58,819 nucleotides of DNA. Source: a bacterium (GTDB lineage Bacteria > Elusimicrobiota > JBDRMW01). The notes beneath the pieces were generated by a model. The model did not search any database and was not told the DNA's origin. It was given only the letters and a program-made list of their open reading frames with translations. This document shows, in pieces, positions 45,180 through 54,135 of the stretch. The stretch covers positions 1 to 58,819 of the forward strand of contig JBDRMW010000129.1 of NCBI GenBank assembly GCA_043811735.1, written 5' to 3'. Made by a program: the position numbers and the translations under genes. Positions within the stretch are counted from its first letter, which is position 1. Each line of letters begins with the position of its first letter.

Positions 45180-46943
45180 TTAATCGTTGTTTCTCTGATT
45201 GAATACAGGGGAAAGGAGACTGAGAACGTCTTTTGATGAGGGACATTTCATACACTGTTCAGCAATATGAGCAAGCTGTTTTGAATCGCTCTGTTCAATC
45301 GTCCGGCGGATGTGGGCTAATGAAACCGGCTGCATGGAAAGAGATCGTATGCCCAAGCCTATTAAAAGCCGCGCACACAGCGGGTCTGAGGCTGTTTCAC
45401 CGCAGACGGAAATTTCTTTGTTATATCTTCTTCCTGCCTGAACAATTTTATGAATAAGCTTGAGTATAACCGGATGATAATTGACGCGGTAATTCTCAAG
45501 CTCAGGGATCTCCCGTGATGCAGCGAAAAGATATTGAATAAGATCGTTCGTCCCGATGGAGACAAAATCAACTTTTTGTACCAGTGTGTCAATATTCAAA
45601 GCTGCCGAAGGAATTTCAACCATAAATCCGGTTTGTATAGCTGAAGAATCTATTTTTTTTTCAGTGAGTACCTCATGAAGCACGGCCAGACAAGCGTCAA
45701 GATCTTCGCAGGTTGCAATAAACGGAAATAGTATCCGTATATCGCCAAACTGCCGTGCGGAAATAATACTCGCTATCTGGCTTTTAAATACGTGTTTATT
45801 TTTAAGCATTAACCGTATACCCCTGGTTCCCAGCTGTGCATTTTTTTCAGGCAGAACCGGCATATACGGTAAATATTTATCAGCGCCGAGATCCAGGGTT
45901 CTAACAACCACCGGACGATTTTTCATTGCCTTAAGCAATCCAACATAAAAAGCTGTTTCCTCTTCAATGGAAGGCAGGGCAGTGCATGAAAGATAATAAA
46001 ACTCTGAACGTAAAAGCCCGATGCCGTCTGCACCTTCCTGATACGCGCGCTTTGTTTCCCGGATAGTTCCGGTATTAGCTGATAAACTGACAGCAATTCC
46101 GTCCCGTGTCCGGCAGGGTGAGGCTGGCCGTTTTTTTACCGGTGATTGCGTTGATTTTGTTATTGCTCTATTTTTTTTGAGCGCATTAATCTCCTTGCTG
46201 GTTGGATTAAGAATAACCAATCCTTCATCTCCGTTTACGATAACCGGCGAATTGGTGCGGGCAAAATACAGCAGCCCGCTCACCTTAATGACAGCCGGCA
46301 CATTATATGATTTGGCAAGAATGGTTATATGTGAGACCGCACTCCCTTCTTCAAGTACCAGTGCATTGATCTTAGCCGGATCAAGCAGTGCAATATCAGA
46401 GGGAATAAGATCTTCGGCGGCAAAGATCACCGGCCGGGTAAGTTTTTTTAAAGGGTTGGTGCGTACATGTTCGATTTCGAGTAAATTTCTTAACAGCCGG
46501 TGATAAATATCCTGTATGTCGGCAAACCGCATGCGGAGCGTCTCATTTTGAATGGTTACAAATTTTTTTTTAATTTCCAGAATCTGATTGGCAATAACAT
46601 ACTCAACATTTACGCGCTCATGTTCAACCGTTTTTTTGATTTCTTCCAAAAAATGAGTCTCATCCAAAAGACTTATATGAACATTAAATATCCCTGCAAC
46701 CTGACTGCCTGAGGTTTTTTGAATGTCGGTTTTTATTTTTTCAAGCTGAATCCTGCTTTGCATCAGCGACTTTTCAAGACGCTGTAATTCAGCAGAGGGA
46801 TCTTCAACCGCAAATTTATTTTTTGACGCTGCATCAAGTTCAATCCGTTTAAATACATACAGCGTACCTAATGTTATGCCGGACACCACGCTCTTGCCGC
46901 GAAGGCAGATATTGGATTCCTTATAAGGATAACGGCGGCTCAT
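45180..46943 (-). CDS. ptsI: Phosphoenolpyruvate-protein phosphotransferase (PTS enzyme I)
   Basis: Phospho-His region EEGSAVSHITILAKSYNVPAV, GIGLLRSEFYY, PEP-utilising signature SIGTNDLIQYLFA. Start set at ATG 46943 (AGGAG SD 7 nt upstream) rather than the track start 46985. Confidence 0.85.
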   Translation of the reverse strand: MSRRYPYKESNICLRGKSVVSGITLGTLYVFKRIELDAASKNKFAVEDPSAELQRLEKSLMQSRIQLEKIKTDIQKTSGSQVAGIFNVHISLLDETHFLEEIKKTVEHERVNVEYVIANQILEIKKKFVTIQNETLRMRFADIQDIYHRLLRNLLEIEHVRTNPLKKLTRPVIFAAEDLIPSDIALLDPAKINALVLEEGSAVSHITILAKSYNVPAVIKVSGLLYFARTNSPVIVNGDEGLVILNPTSKEINALKKNRAITKSTQSPVKKRPASPCRTRDGIAVSLSANTGTIRETKRAYQEGADGIGLLRSEFYYLSCTALPSIEEETAFYVGLLKAMKNRPVVVRTLDLGADKYLPYMPVLPEKNAQLGTRGIRLMLKNKHVFKSQIASIISARQFGDIRILFPFIATCEDLDACLAVLHEVLTEKKIDSSAIQTGFMVEIPSAALNIDTLVQKVDFVSIGTNDLIQYLFAASREIPELENYRVNYHPVILKLIHKIVQAGRRYNKEISVCGETASDPLCARLLIGLGIRSLSMQPVSLAHIRRTIEQSDSKQLAHIAEQCMKCPSSKDVLSLLSPVFNQRNND

Positions 46944-47325
46944 TGAGCAGCTCCTGTACGGACACCGACAAATATTCAATATCAAACGGCTTGGTGATAT
47001 ACATATTTGCTTTGAGGATATCCAGTCCGATCATTTTATCTTTCGGGGCCGCACGCGCAGTGAGCATAATAATCTTTGCTTCATGCAAGACCGGATGATC
47101 CCGTATATATTTACAGACTTCCCACCCGTCCATATCAGGCATCATAACATCCAGGATGATCAGTTCGAACTGTTCTGATTCCAGCAGTGCAACAGCTTCA
47201 GAACCGTTATTGGCTAATGCGACCTTATATCCCCGGGCTTCTAAATTAACACGGATAAGCTCCCGGATGGGTTTTTCATCATCAACAACAAGAATTTTTT
47301 TCTTGGTATTCATAGGCATGTTCAT
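46921..47325 (-). CDS. Single-domain response regulator (CheY-like receiver)
   Basis: VVDDE, phospho-acceptor in LIILDVMMPDMDG, IMLTA, ITKPF. Confidence 0.85.
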   Translation of the reverse strand: MNMPMNTKKKILVVDDEKPIRELIRVNLEARGYKVALANNGSEAVALLESEQFELIILDVMMPDMDGWEVCKYIRDHPVLHEAKIIMLTARAAPKDKMIGLDILKANMYITKPFDIEYLSVSVQELLNEPPLSL

Positions 47326-47717
47326 GTACAGTGGCTGTTGATTTTCATTATAAACTCATCAATATTGATTATTGGTTTCGTTTCAAAAAAAAGAATTGAA
47401 AATTCTTTCATTTTCTTTTCAAAATCGGGTATTTTTCTCCGCAATTCTTCTCTGGTATGCCCGGACATAATAATAATAGGTATCAGCGCTGTTTCAGTTG
47501 AAAGGCGGAGCCGGTCAAGAACCCAAATACCGCTTCCTGCCGGCAGTAAAATATCAAGAATAATAAGCCGGGGCATTTCCTTATGAGCGGTACGCACCGC
47601 CTGCGCACCGTCAAAGGCGGCCGATACCGTATGTCCGTGCTTTTCAAGATTGACCTTAATCAGCTCCACCGTCGGCAGATGATCATCAACAATTAATATT
47701 TTACTGCTCATATGCAC
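47322..47717 (-). CDS. Single-domain response regulator (CheY-like receiver)
   Basis: IVDDH, LIILDILLP, IIIMSG, ETKP. Its stop overlaps the next receiver gene by 4 nt. Confidence 0.85.
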   Translation of the reverse strand: MHMSSKILIVDDHLPTVELIKVNLEKHGHTVSAAFDGAQAVRTAHKEMPRLIILDILLPAGSGIWVLDRLRLSTETALIPIIIMSGHTREELRRKIPDFEKKMKEFSILFFETKPIINIDEFIMKINSHCT

Positions 47718-47725
47718 CCCTTTAT

Positions 47726-49225
47726 TTATAATTTCTTCGGCACGGAGAAAAAAAAGACGGTTCCTTTGCCTGCCTCTGATTCAACCCACATCATACCGCG
47801 GTGCAGTTCAATAATACCTTTTGCGATAGAAAGGCCGAGTCCGCTTCCGCTGCGCATGCCGTGCGCTGATTTTCCGCGGTAAAATTTATCAAATATTTTC
47901 GGCAATTCTTCGTGTACTATGCCGGGGCCTTCATCTTTAATGCTTATTATTATATCATTTTTTGCATCAATAAGTTTTATTTCAATTGATGTATGTTCAG
48001 GCGTATATCTGCCGGCATTATCAACAATGTTCATGATAACCTGTTTTATTCTGTTCCGGTCAACCGATACCAGTGCCGGCACCGGATACGGGATATATTT
48101 GATCTGCTGTTTGATGCGGATAGCAAGAACATCAACCGCCTCTCTTACGAGCTCTGAGATATCAATTGTTTCGAGTGAAAGATTAATATTTCCTGATTCG
48201 ATTTTCGAAATATCAAGAAAATCCTCAATAAGAAAAGCCAGCCGTTTTCCTTCGGATTCGATGTACGTTAAATAGCGCTCTTTTTTTTCATCAGTCAACT
48301 GAAGTGTTTTGAGGGTCTGAGCAAAACCGATAATTGAAGTAAGCGGCGTGCGCAATTCATGCGATACGATGGTAACAAATTCTGATTTAAGTTTATCCAG
48401 CCCTCTGAGCAGTTCATTTTTATTTTGTAGTTCTTCGGTCCTGGCTTCGAGCTGTTTTTTTGAATATTTGAGATCCGCGGTTGCTGAATCGATTTTATCC
48501 TGAAGATTTCTGGTCAAATCATCGAGTTTTTCGGCCATATTGTTGAATGTCTCTGCGAGCTCCCCCAGCACATCATGCGTATCAATAGAGATGCGCGCAT
48601 CGAAATCTCCGCATGCAATACGATGCGCCATAATGCTTAGCTTTTTAATCGGCTTCTCCAGTGCTGCGGCAAGAAGCCACGATATGCTGGTAAGCAGAAT
48701 GAGCCCGGTAATACTAATAATAACCGACCATATAAACATTTCAGTAATATCGTTCTTATACTTTTTTAATGAAAATCCCAGCTGTACAAATCCGATCGTA
48801 TTGTTTTTATGCCGCAGAGGGAATGATTTTATGTAAAGCTGTTTTGAGATATCCTTATTATCCGTAAAAGGATTCGGTTTTTCAATCAGTTCTTTGTTAG
48901 AAGATGCGATAATAATATTTTCATTAGTATAAACTGTTGCAAATTGAATATTCGATAGTCCGGCAGTGATCGCGATGATCTCGTGTATATCCTGAAAATT
49001 CTGTTCTACCAGATTATCCTTAATCTCTTCGGCAAGAATAATTCCCTGGCTGTTTATACGGTTTACGATCCTTTCGCTGAGCGTTTCTTTATAGAGCAGA
49101 TACCGGTTTATTATCAAGGTTAAAAAAATAAGTGAGCTGATCGAAAATATGACCGCAACAATCCTGACCTTAAACCCGATGTTTAATATCCGCACTAATA
49201 TATTTTTCATGCTTGCAATACACAA
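47726..49225 (-). CDS. Sensor histidine kinase (2 TM, periplasmic domain, HAMP, coiled coil, HisKA, HATPase_c)
   Basis: HAMP after TM2 (PIKKLSIMAHRIACGDFD), H-box VSHELRTPLTSI, N box DNAGRYTP, G boxes DEGPGI and GSGLGLSIAK. Confidence 0.85.
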   Translation of the reverse strand: MCIASMKNILVRILNIGFKVRIVAVIFSISSLIFLTLIINRYLLYKETLSERIVNRINSQGIILAEEIKDNLVEQNFQDIHEIIAITAGLSNIQFATVYTNENIIIASSNKELIEKPNPFTDNKDISKQLYIKSFPLRHKNNTIGFVQLGFSLKKYKNDITEMFIWSVIISITGLILLTSISWLLAAALEKPIKKLSIMAHRIACGDFDARISIDTHDVLGELAETFNNMAEKLDDLTRNLQDKIDSATADLKYSKKQLEARTEELQNKNELLRGLDKLKSEFVTIVSHELRTPLTSIIGFAQTLKTLQLTDEKKERYLTYIESEGKRLAFLIEDFLDISKIESGNINLSLETIDISELVREAVDVLAIRIKQQIKYIPYPVPALVSVDRNRIKQVIMNIVDNAGRYTPEHTSIEIKLIDAKNDIIISIKDEGPGIVHEELPKIFDKFYRGKSAHGMRSGSGLGLSIAKGIIELHRGMMWVESEAGKGTVFFFSVPKKL

Positions 49226-49291
49226 CCGATCCGCATAACAGCCCGCCCGCCGAGTGCCGATATGCTTTTGTTCAACGTAATAATTAAACCG

Positions 49292-50356
49292 CTACAGCCA
49301 TTTTTTTCGCTTAAAATAAAGGCCCATGGTTATACCAGCCAATAGAATAATTCCCCAAATAAACGCATACCCGTATTTCCAGGAGAGCTCAGGCATATAT
49401 TTAAAATTCATACCGTATATTCCTGCAATAAAAGTTAAGGGAATAAAAATCGTTGCTATAAGAGTTAAAACTTTCATCACCTCATTCATTTTATTGCTTA
49501 TGCTTGAAAGATATATATCCAGCAGTCCGGAAACAACATCCCTGAATGTTTCCAGCGTATCAATAACCTGCATCGTGTGATCATAGATATCTCTCAGGTA
49601 AATCAATGTTGATTTTTGTATTAATGAAGACTCTCTTCTCTGCATCCCATTGATAACTTCCCGCAGAGGCCATACATTTTTCCGTAATAAAAGCATTTCT
49701 CTTTTTATGCCATGAATAGCATGCATGGTTGAAGGCGAAGGATTTTCAACCAGTTCACCTTCTATAGACTCAATTGAATCTCCTATTTTTTCCAAAATAA
49801 CAAAATAATTATCAATAACAGCATCAATCAATGCATAGGCAAGATAATCTGATTTCTGAGTTCGTATTTTTCCTTTGCCGTTGCGCAGACGGTCCCGAAT
49901 CTGATTAAACACATCACCTTCAACTTCCTGGAATGAAATAACATAATTTTTTCCGACCACCATACTGACCTGTTCTATATTAATCTCATCTGCTGTTTCA
50001 TTCCAGGAGATCATTTTTAACACAATGAACAGGTGATCTTTAAAATCTTCTATTTTAGGGCGCTGGCTGGTATTAACAATATCTTCTAATATCAACGGAT
50101 GAAGCTCAAAATGGGCGCCTATTTTTCTTATTCCCTCCGTATCATGCAAACCATCGATGTTTATCCAGCTTACCGTAGATGTTTTTTTAAGATCAAAACA
50201 GTCCTCAATCGCTCTAATTTCTTTTTCAGAAAACTGCTTTTTGCCGTAATCGAATACCGAAATTCTTATACGCTCAGTTTTTCGCTCTCCCACATGAACA
50301 ATTGCACCCGGCAGCAATCCCGCTGTTTTAGAAACTTTTTTAAATAGCTTTAACAT
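49292..50356 (-). CDS. corA: Magnesium/cobalt transporter CorA
   Basis: YGMNF signature between two C-terminal TM helices, 354 aa. Confidence 0.9.
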   Translation of the reverse strand: MLKLFKKVSKTAGLLPGAIVHVGERKTERIRISVFDYGKKQFSEKEIRAIEDCFDLKKTSTVSWINIDGLHDTEGIRKIGAHFELHPLILEDIVNTSQRPKIEDFKDHLFIVLKMISWNETADEINIEQVSMVVGKNYVISFQEVEGDVFNQIRDRLRNGKGKIRTQKSDYLAYALIDAVIDNYFVILEKIGDSIESIEGELVENPSPSTMHAIHGIKREMLLLRKNVWPLREVINGMQRRESSLIQKSTLIYLRDIYDHTMQVIDTLETFRDVVSGLLDIYLSSISNKMNEVMKVLTLIATIFIPLTFIAGIYGMNFKYMPELSWKYGYAFIWGIILLAGITMGLYFKRKKWL

Positions 50357-50482
50357 ATTTTATAGCTCCTTGTATATCCGCTTAGCAGTAAACTTATGTG
50401 TTATTTTTTAGGCTGCGCTGATAATACAACATAATAAATACAACCATAAGTTTTATAAATGGTGCACTCGCTCTAACAGATA

Positions 50483-51877
50483 CTATTGTGAAACGCTGTT
50501 TTGCAAATAACTAATATAGTTTCGATGAAACTTTATATATACTGAAATAATAAATTTTGCGCCTGCTTTTAAATACAGATTATTGATATCATATCTGCGC
50601 ACATGCTTAAAATTCCAGACAAACGCATCAAATGTAATATTAAACGCAAAATACAGGAGGTCCAGCATAGTCCGTGAAAATGAATAAAACTTTTTATGCG
50701 CATTGACAAGGCCTTCTTGCAGCTCTAACGGGCTTATCTTCATTGGTTTATGAACAACATGCATGCCGTTAAAATAATCCCAATTCGTATGAAGCAGCCG
50801 TTTTTCAGAATTAATTTTCTCATAAATCTGTGTGCCGGGAAAAGGTGTTAATGCCATAAATTGAACCGTATCAATATAATTGGTAATCGCAAAATCCACG
50901 GTATGATCTATACTTTCAAGCGTATCATTATCTTCCCCGAACATAAACATACCATGAATATTAATGCCCTGTGCATGTATTTTATGAATAGCTTTTTCAA
51001 TATCAGCCCTGGTCTGGGATTTTCCATAGGCTTTAAGCACCCGTTCATCAACCGATTCAAATCCGATAAAAACACGGTCACAGCCTGCTTTAAACATTTT
51101 ACCTAATACTTCAGCATCTCTGACAATATCGGCCCGCACCTGAGCGGTCCATGAAATATTAAGCTTTTCTTTTATAAAACGATCAAACAGTTCATTGGAA
51201 AACCGTTTATTAGTGGTAAAATTATCATCATAAAAAAATATGCTGGTCCGGTTAAAATACTGCACCGCATGTTTTATTTCGCGGATAATCCGGTCAATCG
51301 ACTGCTGCCTGAAGGCTTTTCCAAAAACCGTGGTCACCGTGCAAAAATTACAATTAAACGGGCAGCCGCGTGATGTCATAACCGGTATAATGTTCATACG
51401 TTTGCTGCGCTTCAAGAGCCTGTAATTAATGAGCGGGAGTTCATCCAGGTTTTTAACCGGACGGCCGTAAATGATCTGGTCGGTATATTTGCCTTCGATA
51501 ATATCCAGTATTATTTCTTCAGCCTCTCCAATAACTATATGGTCTGCTGTAGAAATGAATTCCTCAGGAAGCAATGAGGGATGTATGCCCCCTACAATAA
51601 GTTTTGTCCGGGGATACATTCGTCTAACCCCCCGTGCAAGCTCGATAGTGCGGCTTGCACTTAATGTTAAACACGAAAGGCATACATAATCAGCATCCAA
51701 TTCGATGGGATGGATCTTTTTCTTCAAAATATTTTCATTCAGGATCTGCACCTCATAACCTGCATTATGCAGTATGGTGCCGAGATACAGAGATCCCAGC
51801 AAAGGGAGTTTCATCTGGTTTTCAAAAATATTGGCAATACTTCCTGCTGTTTCAACAAAATATATTTTTTTCGTCAT
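50483..51877 (-). CDS. B12-binding-domain radical SAM protein (class B), function unknown
   Basis: N-terminal cobalamin-binding-like domain (CLSCLTLSA...GGIHPS) and SRGCPFNCNFC (CX3CX2C). Start set at ATG 51877 (GGTGGGGAAG SD), which overlaps the upstream stop as ATGA. Confidence 0.85.
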   Translation of the reverse strand: MTKKIYFVETAGSIANIFENQMKLPLLGSLYLGTILHNAGYEVQILNENILKKKIHPIELDADYVCLSCLTLSASRTIELARGVRRMYPRTKLIVGGIHPSLLPEEFISTADHIVIGEAEEIILDIIEGKYTDQIIYGRPVKNLDELPLINYRLLKRSKRMNIIPVMTSRGCPFNCNFCTVTTVFGKAFRQQSIDRIIREIKHAVQYFNRTSIFFYDDNFTTNKRFSNELFDRFIKEKLNISWTAQVRADIVRDAEVLGKMFKAGCDRVFIGFESVDERVLKAYGKSQTRADIEKAIHKIHAQGINIHGMFMFGEDNDTLESIDHTVDFAITNYIDTVQFMALTPFPGTQIYEKINSEKRLLHTNWDYFNGMHVVHKPMKISPLELQEGLVNAHKKFYSFSRTMLDLLYFAFNITFDAFVWNFKHVRRYDINNLYLKAGAKFIISVYIKFHRNYISYLQNSVSQ

Positions 51878-52335
51878 TTCTTCCCCACCATAAGAATGCT
51901 GATCCCTAAAAAAATTAAAATGAGCCACCAATAATTATTACTCACCGAAAAGACCAGAAAAAAGATGGCGGTAATTGAAAACAAGCTCGTTGCAATAAAT
52001 AAATATAATTTTACCCGCCTGTAAAAAATATATGTTATGAAAAAAGAGATTCCGGCAAATCCAAGAAACAACGGCCACAAGGAACCGATATTCTCCCAGG
52101 AAGTAAAATTACAGTATAACGCAAGCAGACTGAAGCAGATAATATATATTCCTATGCCTAAATAGATAGCTTCTCTTTTTTCGCGCTTGTAAAATATGGC
52201 AATAAAACCGCTGCCAATACTGGTCAAGATCAATGGCCACAGATTGGATAATATTTTAAGATTAAAATAAGTTTCCAACCCAAACAAAACCCCTAATATG
52301 ATAAGAAATATACCGACTCTATTGACATTAGACAT
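51874..52335 (-). CDS. Small polytopic membrane protein (about 5 TM, LiaF/DUF-like), hypothetical
   Basis: 153 aa, almost entirely hydrophobic helices. Translationally coupled (ATGA) to the radical SAM gene. G9 tract 2 nt upstream of the ATG. Confidence 0.5.
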   Translation of the reverse strand: MSNVNRVGIFLIILGVLFGLETYFNLKILSNLWPLILTSIGSGFIAIFYKREKREAIYLGIGIYIICFSLLALYCNFTSWENIGSLWPLFLGFAGISFFITYIFYRRVKLYLFIATSLFSITAIFFLVFSVSNNYWWLILIFLGISILMVGKK

Positions 52336-52337
52336 GT

Positions 52338-52346
52338 CCCCCCCCC
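52338..52346. repeat. C9 (G9 on the coding strand) homopolymer at the ribosome-binding site of the 51874..52335 gene
   Basis: Direct reading on the minus strand: AATAGGGGGGGGGACATG. Confidence 0.9.
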
Positions 52347-52403
52347 TATTTATACAAGCTTATTATTTATTTTAATTAGAGTCAACTGGACTCAATGGAA
52401 CAT

Positions 52404-52433
52404 AAAAAAACCCCAGTTTCCTGAGGTTTTTTT
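52404..52433 (-). terminator. Hairpin terminator after tRNA-Asn (A7 - CCCCAG tttc CTGAGG - T7; potentially bidirectional)
   Basis: 6-bp stem with one mismatch, extended by A/T run pairing, U-run on both strands. Lies 3 nt downstream of the tRNA 3' end. Confidence 0.5.
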
Positions 52434-52436
52434 ATA

Positions 52437-52508
52437 CTGCCCGGAGTGGGCTCGAACCACCAACCATTCGATTAACAGTCGAACGCTCCACCATTGAGCT
52501 ACCGGGCA
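52437..52508 (-). tRNA. tRNA-Asn (anticodon GTT)
   Basis: Minus strand TGCCCGG-TA-GCTC-AATGGTG-GAGC-G-TTCGA-CTGTTAA-TCGAA-TGGTT-GGTGG-TTCGAGC-CCACT-CCGGGCA-G folds as a cloverleaf. Has the GTTCGA T-loop and a U1-A72 pair, as in bacterial tRNA-Asn. CCA is not encoded. Confidence 0.9.
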
Positions 52509-52564
52509 ATATGAATGAGCTAAAATGATTAATAATTATACTAAAAGCTTAATCGGTTTCAAAG

Positions 52565-53173
52565 TTATTTTTTTTCTGAAATAATCAGATCATCGGCAGT
52601 TTCAAACTGCCGGTCTTTCCCGGCAGAAATCAATGTATACGAACCATCGCTAAGAATATAGGAATATGGTGTTTTCCAGGAATCTATGAGCCACAGATTC
52701 TTTAGCGGCCTTCCTTTAATTAATGCTTCTAATGAGGCTGGATACGCACCGGTCTGCTTAAATGAATCTTCAAGCGCTTGTTTAATTAATTCCATTTCCT
52801 GCTTGGTCATATTAGTCTTGCTGCTTCGTAAACGTGTAATGAAGAAAATGAGAGAAACAGCATAAATCGAATATACAAAGATTAATACCAAACCAGCAAT
52901 ACAAATTATTTTTGCGGGTTTTTGCCATTTAAAATCAAACTCGGGCCATGAAATATCTGAAGGAGAAGAGCCCTCTTTAAAAAAAGAAAACTTACTATTT
53001 ATCATATATAAATCTATGCATGAAATAATAAACATAATCCCGGGAAGAATAAGCCCTAAGAAAGCAAAAACAATACCCCGGTTGATGTTATAAAAATACA
53101 TCTGGCCGATGCCCGGCCATAAGAAATTAAGGATACATCCTAATAATAGAGATGGTTTTTTACGTGCTGACAT
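52565..53173 (-). CDS. Membrane protein with C-terminal type II secretion GspG-like (pseudopilin globular) domain and non-pilin polytopic N-terminus
   Basis: The C-terminus QALEDSFKQTGAYPASLEALI...IDSWKTPYSYILSDGSYTLISAGKDRQFETADDLI resembles the T2SS_G domain (DpWGnpY.Y...y.l.S.G.Dg..gt.DDi). The N-terminus has 3 TM helices with a WPGIGQMY motif and no prepilin G/FTLIE cleavage motif. Confidence 0.55.
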   Translation of the reverse strand: MSARKKPSLLLGCILNFLWPGIGQMYFYNINRGIVFAFLGLILPGIMFIISCIDLYMINSKFSFFKEGSSPSDISWPEFDFKWQKPAKIICIAGLVLIFVYSIYAVSLIFFITRLRSSKTNMTKQEMELIKQALEDSFKQTGAYPASLEALIKGRPLKNLWLIDSWKTPYSYILSDGSYTLISAGKDRQFETADDLIISEKK

Positions 53174-53196
53174 GATGTTTTTAAGAGATTATGGGA

Positions 53197-54129
53197 TTAA
53201 TTACCAAATGCTTGTTCAAGCTTTTGAAGATGTTCCCAGCGTGCATCTGATTCCCGCTGAATATCATCTATGATATGTTTATTTTCAGGTCTGAACAGAT
53301 GTTTAAATCTTCTCTGAAGTTTTAACCATTCCGTAATCGGAAGTTTTTCCTTTGGCCGGTAATTTATTTTATATTTTCCGTTAATAACTTCATACAACGG
53401 CCAGAAACAGGTATTTGCAGCAGCTCTTCCTAAATCCAATGTTTTAGCAGGATCATGCGGCCATCCTAATCTGCAGGGAGCTAAGACATTGATAAATGCA
53501 GGGCCGGGCATATCAAGCGCTTTTTGAACTTTGGTAATATAATCATTCCAGAAACCTAATGCTGACTGCGCAACATACGGTATCCGATGCGCTACCATTG
53601 CCCAGGCAATATCTTTGCGGAACTGTTCTTTGCCCTGTTTAACCCTGCCTGCAGGTGCAGTTGTTGTTGAAGCGCCTCTGGGTGTTGCGCTTGACCGCTG
53701 CACGCCCGTGTTCATATAAGCTTGATTGTCATAGCAGATATAGACCATATCATGTCCGCGCTCCATCGCACCGGATAATGATTGAAAACCTATATCATAT
53801 GTTCCGCCGTCGCCGCCCAGGGCAATAAATTTAATATCCTTATCAATCTTACCCTGTCTTTTTAATGATTGGAATGCTGCCTCAACACCGCTGATGGTTG
53901 CTGCCGAATTTTCAAATGCATTATGAATAAAAGGGACTTTCCACGCGGTATACGGAAAAAGCGTCGAGACTACTTCCATACATCCGGTAGCCGAACCAAC
54001 CACAACCGGCCTATTCCCCGCTGCCATCATGGTCTGGCGCATAATGGTCGCCGCTCCGCATCCGGCGCAGGCTCTATGCCCGCCGGTAAATTTTTCTTCC
54101 TGTTTTGATAATTCTTTTATACTTGCCAT
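53197..54129 (-). CDS. porB: Pyruvate (2-oxoacid):ferredoxin oxidoreductase, beta (TPP-binding) subunit
   Basis: GHRACAGCG, GGDGGTYDIGFQSL TPP motif, 310 aa. Confidence 0.88.
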   Translation of the reverse strand: MASIKELSKQEEKFTGGHRACAGCGAATIMRQTMMAAGNRPVVVGSATGCMEVVSTLFPYTAWKVPFIHNAFENSAATISGVEAAFQSLKRQGKIDKDIKFIALGGDGGTYDIGFQSLSGAMERGHDMVYICYDNQAYMNTGVQRSSATPRGASTTTAPAGRVKQGKEQFRKDIAWAMVAHRIPYVAQSALGFWNDYITKVQKALDMPGPAFINVLAPCRLGWPHDPAKTLDLGRAAANTCFWPLYEVINGKYKINYRPKEKLPITEWLKLQRRFKHLFRPENKHIIDDIQRESDARWEHLQKLEQAFGN

Positions 54130-54135
54130 AATCTA

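Noticed and set aside
46944-46985. Long N-terminal extensions in the ORF track for ptsI. The same pattern occurs for recR 57036-57095, porA 55354-55410, porD 55662-55688, GH57 35808-35834, treZ 37618-37650 and the radical SAM gene 51878-51931.
   Set aside because: Each extension overlaps the upstream gene and lacks an SD, and it adds non-homologous residues. Internal starts with good SD motifs and conserved N-termini were preferred.
49226-49291. A GC-rich patch (CAGCCCGCCCGCCGAGTGCCG) between corA and the histidine kinase gene, considered as a terminator.
   Set aside because: Only a 5-bp GCATA/TATGC pairing with a 23-nt loop could be drawn, with no U-tract. This is not convincing as a hairpin terminator.
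50357-50482. M-box (Mg2+) riboswitch upstream of corA.
   Set aside because: The leader is only about 125 nt, very AT-rich, and shows none of the conserved paired GC-rich M-box helices.
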